Origin: Candidatus Eiseniibacteriota bacterium
GTDB taxonomy: Bacteria; Eisenbacteria; RBG-16-71-46; JABDJR01
Assembly (NCBI GenBank): GCA_963762255.1
Contig: CAVXKA010000001.1
Location: 864,001-928,000, forward strand
DNA length: 64,000 bases
Reading direction: 5' to 3'
The position numbers and the translations under genes were made by a program. Within the stretch, counting starts at the first letter, position 1; every line of letters begins with the position of its first letter. The notes below the pieces were generated by a model, which saw only the letters and a list, made by a program, of their open reading frames with translations, ran no database searches and was not told the origin of the DNA. Of this stretch, positions 28,381-35,508 are shown one piece after another.

Positions 28381-29566
28381 CGCGGCGGGTCCGGAGTCGA
28401 GCTCTCACCGCGGTGCTCCCGGCCGCAGGCGCCCTTCTCGCGCTCCTCACCGATCCCGCGCTCGCCACGCCGTCGATTCTGAGTGAGGCGCAGGCCGGGT
28501 TCTCCTACCGCGTGCGCGTGTTGGGCTACGGCACCTTCATCGATCTCGTTCCCTCCGCCCTGAACCCCGGGAACATGCTCGGATATCCCCGATACCGCGC
28601 GAGCTTCGACCTCCGGCCGGATTTCGATTGGACCCTGCGCCGTGTGGATCTCTCGGCCTCGCCGCGAGGGGAACTCCGGTGGCAGCGATTCGAGGACGGC
28701 CCGAGGCGGGGGACATCGGACCGTTCGGATTCCTGGTACGTCAACGCATGGCGGGCGAGGCTGCGGCTCGGCGAGACGGTGTTCCTTTCCTACGGACGCG
28801 AGAACGTGCAGTGGGGACCGTCCTATCTCCTTTCCCCCTCCAACCCGTTCAGCCGGAGCAACGGCCAGAGCAACCCGCGGATCGAGGAGCCGGGAATGGA
28901 GTATGGCCGCCTTGTCTGGATCCCGGCGCGCCGAGCGGCGTTCACGTTCCTGGCGAACACGGGACAGGGGCGGCTGGAAACCTTCCGGAAGTTCTCGCGC
29001 AGGTACGCGCTCAAGGCCGACTACACCGGCGACGGCAAGTACGCCGGTGCGATCGTCTCGGTCGCAGAAGACGACGAAGCCCACGTCACCAAGGGCGGGT
29101 ACGCGGGTTGGACCCTCTCCGACGCGGCACTCATCCATGCCGAAGCCTCCGTCCGGCGCGGACTGGATGAGGGAGCCCTGCTCGTAGGCGGAACCTACAC
29201 GTTCAGCGGGGGAGCCTTCGCGGTCGTGGAGGTCTTTCACGACGGAACGGGGTGCAAGGCCGATCGCATCGAGAACTGCTTCCTTCCCCCTCGGGGACTT
29301 CCGATCCGGCGGACGTGCTGTGGCGGCGCAACTACTTCATGCTCCAACTCACCCATCCCCGATTCCGCGAACGGGTTCACCTGACAGGACGGTGGATCCA
29401 CGGTCTGGATGACGGCGGGAGCCGGGCGATCGGCATCTACGAGCACGACCTGGGCGCCCGCCTCCAGGCTTTCGTGATCGGGGCGGCCGATCTCGGGGGG
29501 GCGAACGATGAGTTCGGCAGTGTCATCGCGACGGCGATCATGGGCGGGCTCGGCTGGACGTACTAG
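28377..29566 (+). CDS. Probable outer-membrane beta-barrel protein, frameshifted in a C5 run at 29286-29290
   Basis: Signal peptide; amphipathic strands; GRENVQWG..PSNPF; continues in ORF 29252..29566 ending MGGLGWTY (aromatic terminal residue); one extra C joins the frames. Confidence 0.7.
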
Positions 29567-29686
29567 CCGGACCGGTTGCGTTCTGCGCCGCCCGACCGGG
29601 CGAATCGCCGTCACAGAGAAGATGAAAGAATTCTCGCATGAGCGATATCCCTAGCGCAGGCATGCAGTTGGGGATTTGCTGCAATC

Positions 29687-29701
29687 TGGTACAAATATTG
29701 C
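29687..29701 (+). promoter_or_regulatory. Sigma-54 (-24/-12) promoter of pilin operon 2
   Basis: TGGTAC-AAATA-TTGC fits TGGYAC-N5-TTGC in an AT-richer intergenic region just upstream of the fimT-like gene. Confidence 0.75.
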
Positions 29702-29714
29702 GATTACGGGCGGC

Positions 29715-30218
29715 ATGCACACCGCTATCCCCCGCCCCGGGACTCCGGGCTCCGGGTTCACTCTGATCGAAACCATGATCGTCATGGTCGTCATAGGGCT
29801 CGCTCTCGCGGCCGGTGCCCCGTTCTTCCAGGGGTACATGCAAAGCCGGGGGATCGAGACTTCGATGAACGTTCTCGTGTCTCAGATCGACCTCGCGCGA
29901 AATCGCGCCCTCGCCGAGAACAACCCCTACCGGGTTCTCCTCAACAGCCCCGACGACGCGCAATACCTTGTGCACGACGACGACAACGCAAACGGTTCCA
30001 TCGAGGACGGAGAGACGGTGTACGGCCCGTTCCGGCTGTCGGGGACGGTGGCGTTCGAGACCATTGAACTCGGCGGGGGAGACGTCATCGTATTCGAGGT
30101 GAGCGGAATGCTTCCGGCGGGACAAGGCGGCAGGATCACCCTGGCCGACGCCGGCGGACGATTTCAGACTCTGGAGGTATACACCAGTGGTGTCACCGCG
30201 CCGGCAGAAGATCCGTAG
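29715..30218 (+). CDS. FimT/GspH-like minor pilin
   Basis: SG|FTLIETMIVMVVIG; ARNRALAEN; IVFEVSG. Confidence 0.85.
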   Translation: MHTAIPRPGTPGSGFTLIETMIVMVVIGLALAAGAPFFQGYMQSRGIETSMNVLVSQIDLARNRALAENNPYRVLLNSPDDAQYLVHDDDNANGSIEDGETVYGPFRLSGTVAFETIELGGGDVIVFEVSGMLPAGQGGRITLADAGGRFQTLEVYTSGVTAPAEDP

Positions 30219-30594
30219 TCCCGACTGCCGCGGGTTCACGTTGATCGAGACCATGGTGGCCATGACCGTGTTCTCGATAGGCCTCCTGGGTCTGGCTGCA
30301 ATGATGCCGACCCTGAAGTCGGACCTGTCGCACTCGGAGCAGAGATCGAGGGCCGTCATTATCGCCGAGGAGACCACCGAGTGGCTCCGGGGCCTGGCCT
30401 ACGCGGATTCCTCGCTCGACGCCGGGGGACACCTGGACCCCGACTTCCCGGTGGCCAACTACGAACGCGGCTGGACGGTTCAAGAGGACGACCCCATGGC
30501 GGGCATCAAGCGCGTGACGGTGGCCGTCCAGCGAATCGACAATCCGGCGGAATCGGCCAACATTGTGTTCTTCCACGCGCAGGCGGGACGATGA
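30187..30594 (+). CDS. PilV-like minor pilin
   Basis: RG|FTLIETMVAMTVFSIGLLGLA. Confidence 0.85.
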   Translation: MVSPRRQKIRSPDCRGFTLIETMVAMTVFSIGLLGLAAMMPTLKSDLSHSEQRSRAVIIAEETTEWLRGLAYADSSLDAGGHLDPDFPVANYERGWTVQEDDPMAGIKRVTVAVQRIDNPAESANIVFFHAQAGR

Positions 30595-31469
30595 GGAGCG
30601 AGGGTGGCGGCGCGATGACGCGTGGCATCGGGAACCAGCGTTCCCGCGCCGCCGGCTTTTCTCTGGTGGAACTCATGGTGGCCCTCGTCATAGGCGGCAC
30701 GCTGATCGTGGCGATCGTGCAGACGCTGCTGCGTATGGAAGGCTCCTGGGACCGCAGCCAGGAGCGCTCCACGACGAACCAGAACACACGCGGCGCGGTG
30801 ACCATGATGGTGCGTGATCTGCGCATGGCGGGGACCGGCTTCGGCGGCCGCATGATCGTCACCGGGGGGATCCCCGGCAACGTGCTCTTCCCGGTGAACC
30901 CGGCGTCCGCGGTCGGCTCGGATACGCTCAAGGTGACCGCCGGACTGGAGGGCGTGCAGACGTCGGTCACCCAGACCGTCGGCTCGGCCAGCGATCTCAT
31001 CTTCGTGGCCGATGCGAGCGAGTTCTCTGCCGGCGATCTGATCGTCCTGACAAACGGCGTGGAAGTGAACATGTTCGAGGTCACCGCGGTGGACGCCGGC
31101 TCCGGCCAGTTGTCGCACTCGGTGGACTCCCCGTACAACGACCCCGACGACCACATCCTGTGGCCCAACGGGGGCTACCCCCCCGGTTCGCAAGTCGCCC
31201 AAGTGCAGCGAATCACCTACTGGATCGACGGCGACAGCCCGCAGGGGCAGCTCCTACGGTGCGTCAATGCCAACGCCCCGACTCCCGTGGCCTCGGGAGT
31301 GGCTCGGCTGGAGGTGCTGTACCGGATGGCCGACGGTTCGCTCACGTCGTCACCGATCGACCCGGTGGAGATCCATGCCGTGGTGCTCCGATACGTGCCT
31401 CGCCGGCCGGGTGGAGCCCAGGCCGCGGACACTCTGACGGTGACGGTTCAGCCCCGTGTCATGAGCTAG
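30591..31469 (+). CDS. PilW-like minor pilin
   Basis: AG|FSLVELMVALVIG; RDLRMAG; ATGA overlap with the upstream gene. Confidence 0.85.
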   Translation: MRSEGGGAMTRGIGNQRSRAAGFSLVELMVALVIGGTLIVAIVQTLLRMEGSWDRSQERSTTNQNTRGAVTMMVRDLRMAGTGFGGRMIVTGGIPGNVLFPVNPASAVGSDTLKVTAGLEGVQTSVTQTVGSASDLIFVADASEFSAGDLIVLTNGVEVNMFEVTAVDAGSGQLSHSVDSPYNDPDDHILWPNGGYPPGSQVAQVQRITYWIDGDSPQGQLLRCVNANAPTPVASGVARLEVLYRMADGSLTSSPIDPVEIHAVVLRYVPRRPGGAQAADTLTVTVQPRVMS

Positions 31470-31478
31470 GAGGAGACC

Positions 31479-33116
31479 ATGAGGAAGCCCCGCGCCAAGC
31501 GCAAGCGAAACGAAGATGGAATCGTCCTCGTGGCGGCCATCATCGTCCTGCTGGCGATCACCGCCCTGGTTGCGGCGTCCGCGATGGTCGCCATGCTCGA
31601 AAAGAACGCGACCTTCAATCGTCAGGTCGCCTCGCGGGCGCTCTATGCCGCCGACTCCGGGGTGGAGATGTCGAGACAGGTTGTCACCGCCTACGCGCGA
31701 GCGAAGCTGGACAGCCTCGCGGACATTCATAACGGAACCGGGCTCGTCATCCCGAACCCGGACGGCGTCTTCCCGGTCGGGGGCCTGACCGTGGTCAACA
31801 CCACGGAGCCGGTCTTCACTGCGACGACGACGCTGGTGTTCGAGGACAGCACGCTGGATCTCCAGAGTCAGGTCTACAACTATCGCTACACCACCACCGT
31901 TACCGGGAGCCAGGCCTTCGGAGAGAAGACGGTCGTGAGCGAGGGGCGGCTTCGGGTCAGCGCTACCCGCGGCTCCTTCGCCGACTATTTGATCTTCACG
32001 AACAGCCATGTCATGCCCGGAGGAGGCGACGTTTGGTTTCACACCAGCGGACACTTCGACGGTCGGGTTCACACCAACGACAAGTTCCGCTTCGCCTACT
32101 TCCCGACGTTCGAGGACTTGACCACCAGTGCCGCGTCGACTGCCTGGTACTACAACAACGGCAACCCGAAGCAGAACAACGGTAAGCGCAACGGCGACCG
32201 CGATGTGCCGAACTTCTATGGCGGCTTCCAGTTGGACGCGCCGGAGATCGAGCTGCCCGCCAACTCCTTCAGCCAGGAGCGGGCGGCGCTCGGCGGCAAC
32301 CCCGGCACCACCACGACGGTGACGAACTCGGAAATCCGGGCCGCCCTGGGTCTGCCTTCTGGATCCTCCCCTCCCCCCAACGGCGTCTACGTGCCGAGCA
32401 GCGGGGGCGCGGTCACCGGCGGCATCTACGTCGCCGGCAACGCGAAGGCGGTGACGATGTCCGTGAGCGGCGGCAACCAGGTGATCCAGATCAAGGACGC
32501 CAACAACCTCTCCACCACCGTCACCATCAACCATTCGAACGGAACGACCTCGGTCGTGCCCCCCGCAGGGTCCCCGTACACGCTGGCCGGCGTTCCCCGC
32601 GGTGTGCTCTACACCAGGGGAAGCGTGAGCAGCCTCAAGGGGCCGGCCCGATCCGGGGGCACAATTCCCCCCGCGATCGCCAGCGATCAGCAGATCAGCG
32701 TCGTCAGCACCGGGGACATCGTCGTTCAGGGGGATCTCTCCTACCAGGACTACGAGAACGGCGAGAACGTGCTCGGCATGTTCTCCAGCGGTGGGAGTAT
32801 CCGCGTCGGCACTTCTGCTCCCAACGACGTCCGGGTCGACGCCTATGTTCTCGCCTCCGCAACCAGCAAGGTGTTCTCCGTGGACAACCACGACTCGGGT
32901 TCGTACCGAGGAACAGTTCGTTTGCGGGGCGGCATGGTCACAAATTTCTACGGGGCATTCGGCACGTTCAGTTCAAACGGCAGCATGACCGGTTACGGAC
33001 GAGACTTCCGCTATGACCGTCGAGGGTACATTCCACCCTACTATCCCCTCACCCAGCGGTTCGTTCCCGACCAGCCGCAACCGCAGGTAGTCTCCTGGAG
33101 AGAGGTGACGGAGTGA
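31479..33116 (+). CDS. PilX-like pilin with large DUF4900-like domain (copy 2)
   Basis: AGGAG RBS; EDG|IVLVAAIIVL without E5; ALYAADSG; FADYLIFTN..GRVHTN; GYGRDFRYDRR..PPYYP. Confidence 0.8.
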   Translation: MRKPRAKRKRNEDGIVLVAAIIVLLAITALVAASAMVAMLEKNATFNRQVASRALYAADSGVEMSRQVVTAYARAKLDSLADIHNGTGLVIPNPDGVFPVGGLTVVNTTEPVFTATTTLVFEDSTLDLQSQVYNYRYTTTVTGSQAFGEKTVVSEGRLRVSATRGSFADYLIFTNSHVMPGGGDVWFHTSGHFDGRVHTNDKFRFAYFPTFEDLTTSAASTAWYYNNGNPKQNNGKRNGDRDVPNFYGGFQLDAPEIELPANSFSQERAALGGNPGTTTTVTNSEIRAALGLPSGSSPPPNGVYVPSSGGAVTGGIYVAGNAKAVTMSVSGGNQVIQIKDANNLSTTVTINHSNGTTSVVPPAGSPYTLAGVPRGVLYTRGSVSSLKGPARSGGTIPPAIASDQQISVVSTGDIVVQGDLSYQDYENGENVLGMFSSGGSIRVGTSAPNDVRVDAYVLASATSKVFSVDNHDSGSYRGTVRLRGGMVTNFYGAFGTFSSNGSMTGYGRDFRYDRRGYIPPYYPLTQRFVPDQPQPQVVSWREVTE

Positions 33117-33379
33117 ACTTGGACCAGTTGAAGAAGATGCGCATGATGGGGTTGGCGTTGGTCATGGGTGTCGGGCTTTGCGTGCTGATCGTGTGGGATC
33201 AGACCCGCTCGACGGGTGGAGGCGAGGTCTCACCACCCCGAGAGCAAGCCACGATGTCGCGGCCGGCCGAGCCGGCAGAGCCTCCGGCGAGCGATACCAC
33301 CCCCGCGCAGGATCCGGACGTTTCGTCCCCCGCGGAGAGCGACGCGGCCGACGGTGAGGTGCGCACCCTGACGATGTGA
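33113..33379 (+). CDS. Small single-TM protein with Pro/Ala/acidic tail
   Basis: GTGA overlap with the pilX-like gene; one TM helix followed by a low-complexity region. Confidence 0.55.
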   Translation: MNLDQLKKMRMMGLALVMGVGLCVLIVWDQTRSTGGGEVSPPREQATMSRPAEPAEPPASDTTPAQDPDVSSPAESDAADGEVRTLTM

Positions 33380-33416
33380 TTTCCTCGGGGCGCCCGCGGG
33401 CCTGATCCGCCCCCTG

Positions 33417-33425
33417 TGTTAGGCT
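33417..33425 (+). promoter_or_regulatory. Putative extended -10 promoter giving a leaderless BatA-domain mRNA
   Basis: TG-T-TAGGCT ends 7 nt before ATG 33433; no SD sequence. Confidence 0.4.
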
Positions 33426-33432
33426 TTTCCGC

Positions 33433-35508
33433 ATGCCGTTCTCGTTTTTGAATGCGGCCTTCCTCACCGGACTCGCCGCGGCCGCCCTTCCCATCGTCAT
33501 CCACCTCTTCAGCCGGCGCAGAGTCGCGCGCGTCCGCTTCTCCTCGATCCAGTTCCTCGAGGAGATCGCGCATCGGCGCGTGCGGCGCGTGCGGCTCACC
33601 CAGTGGATCATCCTCGCGTTGCGCGTGCTGGCGCTGGCGTTCCTCGCGCTGGCGCTGGGGCGCCCCGCGTTTCGCGGTGACTTCGCGTTCGGCAAGAGCC
33701 GGGGCGAGAGCGCGGTGGCCATCGTGCTCGACGGCTCCTACAGCATGCGTGCGGAAGGGGAGCGCGAGACGCTGTGGGCTAAGGCGAAGGGACGCGCCGA
33801 GGAGGCGATCGCGGCGCTGGAGGCGGAGGATCAGATCCTATTCGTGGGCGTCGATCCGCGGGTGGAGGAGATCGAGTCGTATCCGAGCGCGGCGGGCGCC
33901 GCCGAGGCGCTGCGTAACCGCGAGGCGGGCTTCGGCACGACCGACCTTGCCGGCGCCGTGCGGCGCGCGGGCGGGCAGCTTGCCGGAGTCACCGCCCTCA
34001 ACAAGGAACTCTTCGTCATCTCCGATTTCCAGCGCACCGGGTTCGGGGCGGGAACCGAGTCCCTGGAGATGGATCTCCTGTCCGCGCTCGATCCGCGCAC
34101 CCGCGTGTTTCTCATTCCGGTCGGAGAAGGGGCCATCGCCAACAGCGCGATCGAGGACGCTCGTCTGGAGGGAAGCACCGTCGATCAGCGCGTGCGCGTG
34201 CAGGCGGCCCGTCATGCGGCAGCCTCCGCCGAGGATCTGGCGGTGACGGTGGAAGCGGGGTCGGAGGTGCTCGGCGAGACCTTGCTCTTCCTGAGCGCGC
34301 AAGGGCGGGAAGCGGTCGATGTGCCGCTTACGCGCATGCCCGGCGAGGGGGAGGAGCTGCGCGCCCGGCTGGCCCGCGACCGCTTGCCCGAGGACGACAT
34401 GCGCTACGTGCCCGCGCTTGGCGCGGGGAGCGTAAACGTGCTGCTGGTCCAGGATCCCGCGCAACCCTCGCCGTTCCTGCCGCTGGCGCTGAGCCCAGAA
34501 GGCGGCACCGGGCGCTTCACGGTGCGCCGCGCCACACCCGACGATCTCATCACCGCCGATCTCTCCGATGTTCGCCTCCTCGCGCTCGACAACGTGGGCA
34601 CGGTGCCGCGCGAGGCGCTCATGCGGCTTCGACCGTGGCGCGCGGGAGGGGGAGCGCTCTGGATCGGCCTCGGAGATCGCGTGGATCTGCGCTACTACAA
34701 CGAGGCGCTCCTCCCCGCGCTCTTCCCGGGTGTCACGCTCGGCAATCTGCTCGGCAGCGACGACGCTGCGTCGGCGAGCTACTCGCTGGCGCCGCGCGCG
34801 GCCGGGCACGAAACGTTCGCGGGGTTCGGCGCCGAGATCGGCCGGCCGCTCACCGGCGCCGCGTTCTGGCGCATCGTCGAGGTGAAGAGCGGCGAGGGTG
34901 TGCGCACGCTGGCCGAGTTCGGCCCCGCGCTCCCCGCGCTCGTGCAGGGGGAACGCGCCATCCTCTTCGCCTCCTCGCTCGATGGGCGCTGGAACAACTT
35001 TCCAACGCACGCCGCGTTCCTTCCGCTCCTCCACCAGAGTCTGGATGCCCTGCTGCGCGAGGGTGGCGAAGACCGCGTGATGGTGGGTGAGCCCGTGCAG
35101 GGCGTGCTCGACCGGGCGCTCGTGCCGACCGGCGCGGATCTCGTGTGTGTCGGGCCGGGAGGAATCGCGCTGGACGTGAGCGTGGAGCCCAATCCGCGCG
35201 GGTTGCTGGCGCGCAGCGCGCCGGCGCCTCGGCCCGGGTTCTACACCATCCGTGCCGCCGATCGCGTCGTGCTCCGCCGCGCAGTGAACATGGACACGGC
35301 CACGGAGTCCGATCTCACCCCGCTCTCCAACGAGGAGATTCTCGCCATGTTCTCCGGCGCGCGGGTCACTCTTGTCGAAGCCGGGGATCCGCTGGGCACG
35401 CCCATCCGCGAAGCCCGCTACGGGCGCGAGTTCTGGCGGGAGCTGGTGGCGATGGTGCTCCTGCTGATGATCGCCGAGGCGTGGCTCTCGAGGCGCGGGG
35501 TGGCGTGA
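33433..35508 (+). CDS. BatA N-terminal domain / vWA membrane protein
   Basis: FLN..LPIVIHL..FSSIQFL..LALGRP, MIDAS-like DGSYSM, ISDFQ, C-terminal TM ending EAWL. Confidence 0.85.
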   Translation: MPFSFLNAAFLTGLAAAALPIVIHLFSRRRVARVRFSSIQFLEEIAHRRVRRVRLTQWIILALRVLALAFLALALGRPAFRGDFAFGKSRGESAVAIVLDGSYSMRAEGERETLWAKAKGRAEEAIAALEAEDQILFVGVDPRVEEIESYPSAAGAAEALRNREAGFGTTDLAGAVRRAGGQLAGVTALNKELFVISDFQRTGFGAGTESLEMDLLSALDPRTRVFLIPVGEGAIANSAIEDARLEGSTVDQRVRVQAARHAAASAEDLAVTVEAGSEVLGETLLFLSAQGREAVDVPLTRMPGEGEELRARLARDRLPEDDMRYVPALGAGSVNVLLVQDPAQPSPFLPLALSPEGGTGRFTVRRATPDDLITADLSDVRLLALDNVGTVPREALMRLRPWRAGGGALWIGLGDRVDLRYYNEALLPALFPGVTLGNLLGSDDAASASYSLAPRAAGHETFAGFGAEIGRPLTGAAFWRIVEVKSGEGVRTLAEFGPALPALVQGERAILFASSLDGRWNNFPTHAAFLPLLHQSLDALLREGGEDRVMVGEPVQGVLDRALVPTGADLVCVGPGGIALDVSVEPNPRGLLARSAPAPRPGFYTIRAADRVVLRRAVNMDTATESDLTPLSNEEILAMFSGARVTLVEAGDPLGTPIREARYGREFWRELVAMVLLLMIAEAWLSRRGVA

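Larger units (their letters stand above)
12637..33432. other. Accessory block (PEP-CTERM, two pilin operons, PPTase, PKS, exporter) separating DUF58 from the BatA-domain gene
   Basis: Lies between genes that usually form one moxR-DUF58-batA operon; AT-richer intergenic DNA at the left edge; no integrase or att repeats seen. Confidence 0.55.

Noticed and set aside
12637-33432. Accessory block as an active mobile element (ICE or prophage)
   Set aside because: No integrase, transposase, relaxase, tRNA target or flanking direct repeats were seen.
35145-35504. Apparent N-terminal extension of Mfd (1263 aa)
   Set aside because: Overlaps the BatA-domain gene in another frame; GTG 35505 in a GTGA overlap is the more plausible start.
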